In this document: piece by piece, positions 46,501-58,700 of the stretch
How positions within the stretch are numbered: the stretch's first letter is position 1
Layout of the letters: every line of letters starts with the position of its first letter
Assembly (NCBI RefSeq): GCF_018977255.1
Contig: NW_024704750.1
Location: forward strand, 2,976,001 to 3,040,000
From: Callorhinchus milii
Taxonomy: Eukaryota
Direction of reading: 5' to 3'
DNA length: 64,000 nt
The notes under the pieces: generated by a model
The model's input: only the letters and a program-made list of their open reading frames with translations
What the model was told of the DNA's origin: nothing
Database searches by the model: none
Translations under genes and position numbers: made by a program

Positions 46501-49500
46501 TGGGAGGAACCAGAATAATAAGAATAATCCTTGCATTTGATATAGTTCTTTTCACGTCTTCTAGACGTCTCAAAGCGCTTCACAGAATACACTGTAAAGT
46601 GAACTGGCTGTATATTTTTGGGCGAAATGCGGCAGCCAATTGCACACAGCAGCGTCCCACAAACAGTCATGGGTTGAAGTGACCCAATTTTTTTTTCTTG
46701 AGGGATTATTATCGGGCGTGTGGAGTAAGGAAACTTGCACATGAATATATTTTAATAAAAGAACAGCAAATCCTTGTGCTCAAACAAGGCTGAAAACCTA
46801 GATATGTGTATGCAATGTTAAATGTGGTGGTTGTAGAGAGTATCAGTTACGGGGAATTGGTAAACTCCCTACATTGTAATAACTAAAATATGGTCATTTT
46901 GCATCTTTTAGCCCTTCTGCTTTTCCTTCCTGTGCTCTCTCAAATTGCAAATCTCGTCAGCTTTTTTTTAAATGTTGCCTTTGCCCTTTTATTCCATACT
47001 TTCCCATTAAAGGCCCATGATTACATAATCAAAGACCCAAGTGTGTCAAAAGACATCAGTGAAAATAAGATGATGTACCTGTTTACTTGTGTGCACCTAG
47101 CAATTGACATCAGTGATCCTTTTACTCCATTAACTATAGTAATTTTCACTATGTCACAACTGTTTGTGGTTTGATCACAGTTCCTGATACAAACTAGCAA
47201 CCATTTTCTGCTTCTTTAAAGTGCAAAGAACATAACATCATACTATCAAATTACAGGCTTTTAAAATGAAATTATAAAGTTGTGTCTGGGTTTACCTATT
47301 GTGCATTAATGGAGAATTCCAGGAGTTTACCGTGGAGTCCTGTAGCTCAGTGGTTACAGCACTCGCCTCGCAAGCGAGAGCAAGTTCAATTCCCGGCAGG
47401 GCAAAACCTTGGGCAAGTTTCCTTACTCTTCACGCCTGATAATAATCCCTCAAGAAAAAAAACAATAATAAATTGGTCACTCCAATCCACGACTGTTTGT
47501 GGGACACTGCTGTGCGCAATTGGCTGCTGCGTTTTGCCCACAAATATACATTCAATTCACTTTACAGTATATTCTGTGAAGCGCTTTGAGACGTCTAGAA
47601 GATGTGATAAGGCGCTATATCAAATGCAAGAATTATTATTAATTCACTTTAGTTTTAGTTGTCGTCTACAAGCTATATGAATGATCTTTTTATAATCCAT
47701 TAACCCCAGCAAGCAATTTCAGTGGAAGGGGAATTGAAACTCTTACCAGGGTTAGTTCTAAAATAAATGCTTACTAAATGGTCTAGTAAGGTAAAAGCGG
47801 TAGCAAGTGTTAAACTGTTAAATATATCAGATGTTCCTGGATGAGCAGCTGACTTCAGTTAAGATAGGTTTGAATATGCTTGGCTGATGCTCTGGGTGCG
47901 GTGGGGAAGTGATCAGATCCTGTTAATCACTGACTAGCGAGCTCTGTTGGAAACTACATGGTGATCAGAAAAAGTTCAAGTTCAGTTGTGATCTCCTCTT
48001 GCTAAAACTTGTCTAGTTTACGAGTGAAATGCAGTCCCTTAGGTAAGGTACGAGTAGCTTGCCTTTGNAAAAATCAACATATTGAAGGAAGAGGAAAAAT
48101 TAGTACAGAAAAGCTCCTTTCTTTCCCTTTTTGCCCTTATGCTTACTGTGTGCTCTAGTACAGTTCCATGGCTTTCCTCCAAGCTCTAAAGAGTGCAGAG
48201 TGGGAAACTGTTATTACAAGGAAAGATGAATAATATGTGGGGGTGGATATTCCAGTCATGACTCACCAACAACAGCTTATTTTTGCAGTTAAAAGAGCAC
48301 AGGGATATTTCAAGAACTGTTTCTATTAGCATCATCGGTCATTTATAGAAATTCTCTTTCCTAAAATGTATATTTTTTGAAATATCAGGTACAGTCTCTA
48401 GAGTTTGTACACCGTGAGGCTATAGTTCAGTGCACCATTCCAATCAATATATGTTAAGCCGGTGCAGTTTGCCAAGACTAGTCTTATTGTGGACTTGCTC
48501 TTGGCTACAATTTCCCAACCCACTGTTACTAACTGATCCCAGAACTGATGTAAGCCAACATTAGGATAAATTATTTCTATCGCATGCTATTAAAGCTATG
48601 AATCCTGGCCTAGTAAAATGCTTAGCATCTACAGTTTTGGGCCCAGTTTTGCATCAGAACGTCTTTCTGTTCTTTGCTCCAGTTTCTATTCTATTTTCAA
48701 AGGTCCCTTTCAACTCTCTGAAGTAATTCTCAACACAACATTTCAATGCAGTTCAAAGTCACATTAAACAAGTGAAATATTTCTACATTTTTTGAAATTC
48801 TTATTTTTGAATTTTCAAAACAACATAGTGCAGGAGGCAAATGGATAATTGCGAAGAATCAGTGTGAAATTGGAAGAGGTGAAAACAAGATAGCTCAGCT
48901 GGTAGAAAGGCTCTGTGGCCAAGTGTGGCTTGAGAAGGCTATGGGAAGAATTTTCCCTTATTGACTTCGAGCTTGAAAAAAAATTCCTCTGTGTCCTGTA
49001 GGAATGTAGCATAATTTTAGCAGAGTATTTAAAATGCTGTCTAACTGGGACACTTTCCAGAGCATGCGGACCGAGTAAACAAACTATGGTGGTGCCATAC
49101 CAGAAGCTACATTAGTGGGTTTTATTTACATACTTCAAATATACCAGTCAGATTGTCCATACTGAGGTCCAGGGCGGTTTCCATCAAGTCTCAAAAGGCA
49201 CTCAAATGTAATATCTATGATAATTGAACTGGCCATAGACTCAATTCGTGGAACCTCAGTGCAGGCTTCCAGGACTGTAACAGTATCCTGGTGTGAACTA
49301 TTGCTGTCAAAGCAAAGATATGTATTGGGAAGGAAATGTTTACTTGTACATCTATGGTAGTTTGTTACACTTGGCCGAGTGAAGTATTCATTTTCAAATC
49401 AGCAATCACATTCTCCAGTGCTAAGAATTATTAACGCATTTGGTGCAGCATCATATCACTTCAACACTTCAATGTTTCACACATTGAATTACTGTGACTG

Positions 49501-51586
49501 CAATTTATGCAAGCAAATATGGCAGCTAACCTATACTACTTATGTAAGGATATGCAACAGCAGTGAGATCAGCTGTACTCAAGTGTCAGCCCAGCTAAGA
49601 GTGAATGATGAACCCACAAGTTGTTGGAGGGAGTGGAGCTAAACTTGGGTTTGGGCCTGCAGGTCTTATGAAGAGTAATAAACCGCAGCCCTATTAGAAT
49701 ACACTTCTTTATAACACAAATTTGGTTATAATGAGATTGCAGTACTGAATTTGCAGCACACGTTTAGCGATGTCTTGTTTGTGATGGTACTTAGACTTCT
49801 TTATTTTCCCAGTCTTATCACCCCCTTCTCTTGATGGGCCTTGATTATTGCTGGAGTATAGTTATGTAAGTGAGCTGAAGTTGCCGTTCATTTGTGAGAT
49901 TAGTTTTGTGAGTGTTTGCAGGCAGTTCATCTGTAGGCAATCACAGCTGCGCTCCCCACACACGTACACTTTGCATTAGATGTCACAAGATACCAATTTG
50001 GGGATGGAAATCCTTGCTGTTTCTGACCATTGTTTATTTAATATATTGATGTTAGTCAATCAGAATCCTTACTGGTATTAGATTTAATTCTAACAATCAC
50101 ATTACAAATGTTTTATTTTTGGAACATTTGATATGAGTAAATCTTCTCTCCTGTCTCCTACTGGAAGAACTACAACCAATAATAATGAACCTTGCATTTG
50201 ATATAGCGCCTTATCGCATTGTGCCTTATCTCAAAGCGCTTCACAGAATATACTGGAAAGTGAATTGACTTTGTATTTTGCAGGTGAAACACGGCAGGCA
50301 GCCAGCAGCACACAGCATTCCATTAGAATGACAGTTGCAGAGGGCATGGACCTTTTCACATTCAGGACCATGTGTGTGGGAATGAAGTCTAGCGCAAGTG
50401 GGGGGAATCTTTTAAAAGAATGGGGCAACACATTTTAAATTGAAACCGAAAATTGTCAGCATCATAAACACAAATAAGTATACTCGTGGCCTGCAACCAG
50501 CAGCAAACAACTCTAATATGTAGACTTGAGAATACATGAAATCTGCAACTTAACTCCTAAAAGGGTCAGCCTTCTTCTGCTGAATATTCTTCTGTTTTTA
50601 CATTCCAAGCAGGGAGAGGTTCTGTTCAGTATGAGCTCACCTCTGGCAAAATGATTAGTTTTTAATAGCATTTCCCTGGCCAGTAAATCCCATCTGCAGC
50701 TGTTCAGAGCCACTAGCTACTGTACTGTGAAGCAATCTGTCTTGAAACCAAGCACTGGAGAGCTCCAAGCCATATGTAATGGTTTGTGGAGTTCATACAG
50801 ATAGGATTTTTTAAAATAAACTAATTTATGAGCACTATCCTTCCATGGGGGAAGATTGCTGAGAATCTGTTGGTACACAAGTGCAGCGCTCAAAGTACAT
50901 CAGGTTGTATATTGGTTGATTCCTTATGTCGACTAATTTCCCCCAGAACAAATGAGGTGCTGGACTGTTGAATCCAAATCATCTCCTTGGCTGTATTTGA
51001 CATATTTTGTTTTTCTCTCTTCCTTTCCTCACAGGATGTCATTGTTGGTATCCTTTACAGCGTCCTGATACTGATCGTCTTTCGTCCAACCTTGGATCTC
51101 ATTGACAACTTCAACCTAACCTACCAGTATGCTCCATTGTTCATCATCAGCCTTCACCTGGCCATGGGTATCTTTTCCTTCACCCTCGACACGTGGAGCA
51201 CATCCCGAGGCGACACGGCACAGATTCTAGGCACAGGTGCAGGCATTGCTTGTGCCTCTCATGTGAATCACCTGTTGGGCATCTTACCAGATACTCCTCT
51301 CCACGCTCTGCCATTGTCTCCCCCAGCAATCACGTTAACTCTGGCTGCCAAAGTTTTTATGCGTTTTGGGCTGGGAGTGGCCGTGCTGTTGGTGACCAGG
51401 GCAGTGCTAAAAGCAGTCACCATACCCCTGGCCTGCAAGATATTCCGTATTTCATGCACTGACACTCGCCAGGCACGAAAGCGTATGGAGGTAGAACTTC
51501 CATATCGTTACATCACCTACGGAACGGTAGGGTTCAATGCCCTGTTTCTGGTACCCTTCTTATTTAAATACCTGAATCTGTCTTGA
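30820..51586 (+). CDS. sgpp1: Sphingosine-1-phosphate phosphatase 1 (PAP2 family), join(30820..31506,44731..44820,51035..51586), 442 aa
   Basis: PAP2 motifs [13 protein letters not shown] and [12 protein letters not shown]; GT-AG phase-0 introns; long GC-rich first exon and three-exon layout fit SGPP1 rather than SGPP2. Confidence 0.93.
31706..32050. mobile_element. Decayed palindromic Penelope-type element with tandem hammerhead-like units
   Basis: ggcatctgtg left-arm remnant, about four ~30-37 bp units resembling gttaacgtttcgggtc..gacccttcatc, and right-arm remnant ...ttccagcatctttgttttagttctgatttt. Confidence 0.4.
32994..33314 (+). mobile_element. Full-length tRNA-derived SINE (Deu-type body, L2 tail)
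   Basis: A box taactcagtgg, B box agttcaattcc, L2-like tail, (ATT)n end. Confidence 0.85.
33400..33760 (-). mobile_element. Older DeuSINE-like SINE
   Basis: Reverse Deu body (gcagccaatttgcgcaca) plus ...tccacctgaagaggcagac...; similar to 7850-8095. Confidence 0.6.
34150..34730 (+). mobile_element. L2-clade LINE 3' fragment
   Basis: Decayed ORF2 peptide [42 protein letters not shown], then the shared tail and (TTG)n. Confidence 0.85.
35733..35803. repeat. 71-bp hairpin with perfect 20-bp inverted arms
   Basis: AGGTGCATCAGTTACGTTTC at 35733-35752 and its exact reverse complement at 35784-35803. Confidence 0.9.
37995..38860 (-). mobile_element. L2 LINE fragment interrupted by a nested SINE
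   Basis: (CAA)n tail and reverse L2 sequence at 37995-38178, resuming at about 38566-38860. Confidence 0.7.
38179..38500 (+). mobile_element. Full-length tRNA(Ala)-like-headed SINE
   Basis: A box TAGCTCAGTGG, loop CTTGCAA, B box GGTTCAATTCC, Deu body, L2 tail, (ATT)n; an extra tail copy follows at 38501-38565. Confidence 0.85.
38970..39290 (+). mobile_element. Old L2 ORF2 3' fragment
   Basis: [30 protein letters not shown]-type peptide remnant. Confidence 0.7.
42598..42702 (-). mobile_element. Arm of the palindromic Penelope-type element with a degenerate minimal hammerhead core
   Basis: Minus strand reads CTGATGA-agcatc-gtg-gaccc-GAAA-cgctgactc; the arm matches 52857-52918. Confidence 0.55.
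44731..44820 (+). CDS. sgpp1: sgpp1 exon 2 ([30 protein letters not shown])
   Basis: Strong polypyrimidine ctcag acceptor, GTAAGA donor, 90 nt. Confidence 0.95.
46514..46740 (-). mobile_element. SINE lacking its tRNA head
   Basis: Reverse complement of the 47332-47641 body and tail. Confidence 0.75.
47332..47641 (+). mobile_element. Full-length tRNA-derived SINE
   Basis: gtggagtcctgtagctcagtgg head, Deu body, tail gagacgtctagaagatgtgataaggcgctatatcaaatgc(att)n. Confidence 0.85.
51035..51586 (+). CDS. sgpp1: sgpp1 exon 3 (DVIVGILYS...YLNLS*)
   Basis: tcacag acceptor; [17 protein letters not shown] and [12 protein letters not shown] motifs; TGA at 51584-51586. Confidence 0.95.
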   Translation, partial: DVIVGILYSVLILIVFRPTLDLIDNFNLTYQYAPLFIISLHLAMGIFSFTLDTWSTSRGDTAQILGTGAGIACASHVNHLLGILPDTPLHALPLSPPAITLTLAAKVFMRFGLGVAVLLVTRAVLKAVTIPLACKIFRISCTDTRQARKRMEVELPYRYITYGTVGFNALFLVPFLFKYLNLS

Positions 51587-52828
51587 TGTGAAGATGAACT
51601 CTTGCCTGATAAAGCTATTACACTGGCAGATAAATGTTGAACGCAAAGTCTTAACTTGGAATGCTTCAAGAATGGTTAACTGTCCTGCTTCTGCCTGTGT
51701 GGGCATGTACTGAGCCTATTATTTCCTGGACCAGCGACCTAATGTCACCAGAGGCTTGAGAAGAGATTTATCCTTTTCACACACATCCAAGTGGAGGAAT
51801 TCTGAGATGACTGACCAACTGAAGAGAACACAATGGAGTTTACGTGTGCTGTTCATTAGCTGTAGTGATTTTTTGTTGGTGCTTCTCATGGGATTCTCTG
51901 TTTCAAGTATGCAGTGAAAGGTTTGTTACAGCAAGCGATCAGCATATGACGATTCCCATTTTGAGAGTGAACAAAACCGGTTATTAAATAGCAGAAGTTT
52001 TTGTTCAAAAAAAAAGTATGGAAAGTCTCTTCAGAATGAGTAGAGTGTAATATAACAATGTACCAACTTGAGGTTCAGGTATCTTAACCGCTTATTGAAT
52101 TGTGCCTTTTTTGTTTTATTGCTTTAGTTTATGCTGTGATGTTGTGAAATTCTAACTGCCTCATCATCTAAGTAACGGGTTGTACAGACATTAGTTCAGC
52201 TCTTTAAATATGTCTTTACTTTAGGATAGTCGCATTTCTTTGTTAATAATGACTTGACGATCACCTATCTAGCAGTGTGAGTGAAAGGATTGATTGATTG
52301 ATTGGTTCTTAGACAAACCAGAATCAGCATTGAATCCTATTGACCACCACAGGTGAAGATTTCAATTTTGAATAACTTGATTTATGAATAATATTAATAA
52401 TAGTAATAATATTGTAAATTAATTTGACATGTACTGCCTCTTTCACTGGCACTGAAAAGCAGAAAGCACCAGACCAGCTGGGGCCACAGAAGCACCACAA
52501 CCTGGGATTTTCACGTCAGTCGCACTTCATACCATTTCCATAAAATCTGCAAGCATCCCTGCTTTTTCTTTGACAGCCTCGTGGAAAGTTTTCTGTTTCA
52601 CTAAAGCAGTGTCCCAGCACTGCGGCCCATTTAAAATTATTGGCCTCTTCATATTGAGAGGCAGGATTAACTGTTAAGTGTAGAACATTTAGCTTAATGA
52701 GAATCATTTGGCTCCTTGAGATGCGGTGGAAATTGACTGCGGTTTTATTCACTTTCTGCCCTTTCGCTTTCACAATACAGACGCCCATTACTGTGTGGCA
52801 TACACTCGTTTAATCTGTTTAACGCTGT

Positions 52829-53144
52829 GCAAAATGCAAAATCCTGCAGATGCTGGAAATCCGAAACAACAACAGAAGTCACTGGGAACACTCAACAGGT
52901 CAGGCAGCATCTATGGAGTTTAATTAACACAGCATTAACAGTTTTTTTTCCTCTGGATTTACATTTAAAACAACCAAGTTCATTAACCCTTTACAAGCAC
53001 TTAAATTCAGTTCAGCTTTTGGCAAACTCGCGCTGCTTTTTCAATTGGAGAACTGGATTGGAGAAAAAAGTTTTTTTTAAAAAAAAAAGTTTCCACAGTG
53101 GCTGCCTGACCTGCTGAGTGTTCCCAGCAACTTCTGTTCTGGTT
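52829..53144. mobile_element. Palindromic element with 15-bp target-site duplication and captured host insert
   Basis: TCTGTTTAACGCTGT at 52814-52828 and 53145-53159; inverted arms of ~56 bp; centre duplicates 53495-53679. Confidence 0.75.
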
Positions 53145-55572
53145 TCTGTTTAACGCTGTATCTTTCAGAGGGTATATGCAGAATTTGGTAAAGTATTTTT
53201 TATTATTCCTGTTTATGATCACAAAATATCTTGGGTGACACAATTTTAAAAAAAAAAACGATATTCTTCAATCTCACATTCTAAGCGTGTGTTTAAAGCA
53301 CTATGTAAATTCCCCTTTCTGTTGCCCATGAATTCTAATGGTGTCTGTAATTCTCCTATTCATTACACCCACATTCATGTACACGAGGCTTGTTGGAATT
53401 TGCAAAACAAGTTTGAAATCTTGTTTTCACGTTTTTGAGTTTACCAAAGCGGTGAGTGTGTGTTGCTCTTCCAGATCATGATTCTGGAAGGGAAGAGTTT
53501 AATTAACACAGCAGCAACAGATTTTTTTTTCTCTCTCTCTCTCTGCATTTACATTTTAAACAACCAAGTTCATTAACCCTTTACAAGCACTTAAATTCAG
53601 TTCAGCTTTTGGCACATGCACGCTGCTTTTTCAATACTGGATTGGAGAAAAGAGTGTTTAAAAAAAAAAAAAAGGTTTCTATCCATTTCCAAGGACGACT
53701 GTTATCAGGTACAAGAAATTGGCCAAACCAAAGAGATTTCTTAACTTGACAGATTTAAAAAAAAAACACTTTGTGTTAAAATGATACTATATCCCTGAAA
53801 GGGTTAAAATATTCTAGCTGCAACCTGAGTATTTATTAAAGCACTGCAGTCAATGCAATTCCTTTGCGTAAATGCTGCTTGATTTGATGTAGAACATAAT
53901 ATGCAGTTTCTCTAATATTCGACTTCCAAATAATCGATAAAATTCTTTGCAGTGTAGATGCAAATGCCGGGTCTTAACATTGTTCTCCCAGGATTCATGG
54001 CTATTCACCCAGCAAAGCCCCTCAGCTGTTTCCTGCTTTGACGCAGCTTCGGATTTGCGATGCAGCCAACCACATGAACAACAACAACAAAATTGCATTT
54101 GTATAGCGCCTTTAGTTGGGTTACAGTAATAATCTGTTCCTTTACATATTGTAAATTTGCACTGCCTATGCTCACAGAGGCACTGTACATCTGGGAGAGA
54201 GAGGCAGATTGTGTCTACGTACTGACATGTAGAGAATGTTTAGGGAGAAAGTGTCACTGGTCACTATTCTGTAGAAATGGAACACCTGCATGTGATCTTG
54301 TTTTTTGAAGACCCATTACAACTTGGGGCCTATTTATTGGCCTTGAGTTGCAGAAGCTTTAGGAACTGGATCCTTTTAGCTGGTTACAAATCTATTACCA
54401 TTTTATTGTAACAATGCAGAGGTCATGGGCTTTTAAACCGATCCTGTCTTAATGAATCACCTGGATTTGTGAAGTGGGGTTCCAGTAAAAATCCAAGATG
54501 CCAGAATGTTTTCAGGTCACTATGTCAGGGACAGAGCTGAGCCTACCACAGGATTTACAATTATTTGCTCTTTCCTCTCCTGTAATTCTCATATTTCATG
54601 TTCATAAAAGTTGAAATATTTTATACGTTTTAACTTCGACAACGTACTACCAATGTTTTCAGGCATTTTGCTCTGATAAATAGATTACAAAGCTTTGCAC
54701 TCAGTTATTTGTCCTGTTTCCTGTTGAAATGGAGGCTGCTTTGCTCTAATTTTGTGCTAAATATCCTCCTGTAAATGGTGACAAACCACTACAATTTTAT
54801 CTCCATTATTTCTCTTAATCAAACAAGGTGTTTTTCACCCTGGCTTACCAGTCATTTTTACTTAAAACTACTGTAGTTACAGAGTTTACTGGTAATATAT
54901 TTAGAAATTCAGTTTTAAGCCAAAGTATAAAGTATGTGCTAGGTTCAAAGTTCATATCTAAACTGTGATGATTCGCGTCCACCACACCAAATTGGATTGT
55001 GTGGCACAAAAGGTACGATCAGTTTGTGGGGAATTTTGTCATTAAACAGCAGTCTTTCTTTCAATGTAATTTTAAAGTGCGTTGAAAATAACAAATATTT
55101 TTGTGGTTGAAAGTGGTCAAAAATAGGCCTTTTCTTAAATGGAGGTACGACTCACACTTAACCATTCCACAGTAACAGGTAAAGGACGGCCTTCTACACG
55201 TTATAAGATGTGAGTGAAAGTCCTAGTTATTAAAAGATATTGTGTTTTGTGATGATTCTGAATATTGAACTGTGATGAGTACAAGTGCACTGCTTTCTTT
55301 GCTTAAGTGAATGAAATGTTGAACAAATGGATTTCTCAGAAGCTGTATTGGCAACAGCAGAAGGACAGTATTATTTTTTGTTTCCGATTTCAAGTTCAAA
55401 TTATTATATTTAATTCAAAATACTCTTCTGATCTTTTGAAAAAAAAAGTTTGAAAATCTTCGGGTCACTTTCACATGATTGTGTGTTGGACCTGTCCTGC
55501 TTGAAAGATATTAATAGTTTCTGTAACATTCACTGACCCCCTCCTCCTCCTCCCGCAGCCCACTCCTCCCCC

Positions 55573-55607
<35 letters not shown>

Positions 55608-55711
55608 ATCTTCTGCACTCTTTCGCTACTTGCTGGTCTGCAGCATCTTCAATGTGTTGTATAGCTCACGATTAAATTCACTTATGTAACTGCAGTTTGC
55701 ACTGAGCTTCA

Positions 55712-55717
55712 AATAAA
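55712..55717 (+). terminator. candidate sgpp1 polyadenylation signal AATAAA
   Basis: Canonical hexamer followed by a T-rich tract, ending a repeat-poor ~4.1 kb stretch after the stop codon. Confidence 0.45.
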
Positions 55718-58700
55718 AGACGATAAAATTTATCTGATTTTTGTATTCATTCCGTTGAAATGTCCTTTGGATAAGTGGAGAGCGTGGCCCATTTTTTTAA
55801 AATCCTTCTCTTATCTGCTCATTCAGCAAATAGTCCAGTGACTTACTTGAGCAATGCATAACAAGTGAAATGTCCCACCCACAGGAGGGTTTCACATATC
55901 TGGTGTAGACTCGCAATGCACTTCTCAGAATTGCTGTACACAATGGAGGACTTAGAACTGAATCCTATCCGGTGTTATCAGAATCGCGAGAATATAATTT
56001 TCTTTTGCATATTAAGAAAACTCCCAAATATACATTTCAAAAAAAAAAAATGTGCGTGCAGTGCATAAAGAATATAATTCACAAGGGTTGGATTGTCGAG
56101 TAAATTGGCACACGACTTTCAACTCATGGGACTCGGTTTTGTAATTCTGCCCAGAAAGAAAAATCTCTGGTGGCAGATGAGGGTTTGAAATCATTATCTG
56201 GACAGACTTCATACAGTTCGTGTGGGTGTAAGTCCACAGGGCGAAACTTGCCAGTTGATTTCTATTGATTCATGGTCAACTGATGCCAAGAGACGATGAC
56301 AAGAGGTGTAGCAAATGGAAATGTCAAAAGGCTGTAAAGTAAACAGGAGCTTGAAAGGCTGCACGATAGGAGTTATAAATGCACGTATCTAAATATAAGT
56401 TTTATGATTAGAGTGCTGGAACATAATACTAATCCTTGCATTTAATACAGCGCATTATCACATCGAGAGGTCTCAAAGAGGTTCACAGGATACACTGTAT
56501 TTTGTGTGACTATTTTGCGGACGAGTACATTGGTGAGCCCTCGACAACAACAACTTGGTTTATATAGCATCCTTCACTCAGGGGCTGCCCTTCATCAATG
56601 TTTGCTAATCAGTGAGTGAGGGATTGCGATATATTATCATTCCAAAGAGAATTAGCTGTTAAAACACCGCTGCTTCTGTGATATAACCTGAGCCAGGTTA
56701 ATTTGTGCGAGACTTTAAAATCCACATTTCTCTTGATGGTCTCAAATTGATTGGCATTAATTGACTTAGTAGGATATTAATTCCAAATGACTAGATAGGA
56801 GATTAAAAAGATGACAAACTAAACGCATGTCACTCTATAAACTCTAAGGGATCTAAGCTTACTTGCATGTCAATATTTATTATACATTGTGGGCTCAGCT
56901 ACGCACCTTCCTGTATTATCATTCCTGTATTTTCCTGTGTTAAAGCACCAGCAATGACTGCAGTCTAATATTCTCTAAATCTCTCTAATCCTGCTCTGTA
57001 CACTCAAACAAATGCCTAAACCGTGCTGCGCTCGAGAATTTAGTAGTTTTTCAAATCTTTGGTTGCCAAGTCTGGAAATATCACACGAAATGCATTCTGA
57101 TCTTGCATCTTACCCTCCTCCTAAATCCCCGTTATTAAAAAAAAAGCTTAGTTTTGTATTCATTGATCATGCCTGAAATAGCTCGTGGCATATTCCACTT
57201 GCTTCTGCAGCTGTGCAGCTTTGTTGCGGTATAATGGGAGCCCAGTGGTGCAGTGAGTGCTGTACTAAATACTCACCTCCAGAGATAATTGTGATACTAA
57301 ATTGGTAAATCATATGCTGTCTTCCATTGTCCACCACAGAACGAGCTCTCAAGCTTGACTGGATTATCCAAAGCACTACCCTGTAAGGGAGATAAAATGA
57401 GTGCAGTATTTCTACTCTCCCTTTCCTGACCTGTAATAAGTTCCAGCGGTAATTGATCTGTGGAAGCTAATGGAGGGCACAAGCTCCCGATAGCACCGTT
57501 TTGCTGGTGGTTGCAAGAAGATGAGATGAGATCGCAATCATCTCTGGAGGTGCAGTGTTTACATGAAGGATTCAACCTCTGATTTCACGGATTGATTTCG
57601 CATTGTGGAGAAATAGTTGTGTTTACATTACGACATCGTAAGGTACCAGAAATATCCTGGCTCCTACTTTCCTCTCACTACAGGAGAATGGCGAAAAGAT
57701 GGGTCATTGCTTTCGTGGGGTTTTCAATAATTTGGAGAAGAGGGGAATTAACATATACTGGTGGCAACAACGCATGTTTCCTGTAATAGTTTTCCTCAAT
57801 ATAATGATCACCGAAGTATTGTTTTAGGAAGGGATCATCCACTTTATGACGTCTCCTTTAATTAATGTACAGAAAACAATGTTCAGTTTTCTTTTCTTCA
57901 ATTTTTTTTCATCCAATTTTCTCCTGTTTACTCATGTCCTTTTCTGAAGACACAGACAAGTCCACACTGGATACACTGCCATGGGTGCTGGCAGCCGTCC
58001 ATTGCCTCGCCCAGCGGCATTCTTAATGTGTTAGCCTAGCAAAGGAAGCGTTGACGGACTATTAAACTGCAAGAGAAGATCCTGACCCAGTTTAGACCCA
58101 CGCATCTACACATGCTCTGACACGGGTTAGTGGATTGCGGGCAAGAACAGGAACAATAAATAGCTGATTTCTTTTCCTTTCTTTCTGCCAGGCCTCTTAT
58201 GTCTCCCGAGCTACAATCACCATACTCAACCAAACAAGGCTGGAATCTGGTCTCGATGGCTCTGCGCCATCCCACGCTGTGTATTTATTCACTGAATCAG
58301 TGTTAGGATGGGAGTGGAGTCAGATTTTTTTCAAAAAAATACAAAAGTATACTGTGATTGATGTATCTTTTGCAAAAAAAAAAGTGCATTATGGAACATT
58401 ATTTAATAGCATTAAACAATCCATTAGAACATAATTAATCTTTGCTGATGTCAATAATGTTTGTGACTCATGTGACAATCAGGTCACAAACTGCATACAA
58501 TGTTGAAATTGTATCCGGCAAATACAGAACTGTAGATTTTGGAGCATACTTAGGATTGTGAAATCACTGGATTTGTTGTGTTTTGCAATATGCACCATTT
58601 AAGAGAAAGACCAGTTAGTTTTTTTTCCCACAGAATTTCAGTTATAAATAACATTTTTATTGGAAATTATAATTCGATGAGTTTGGATTCCGGGAAAACT

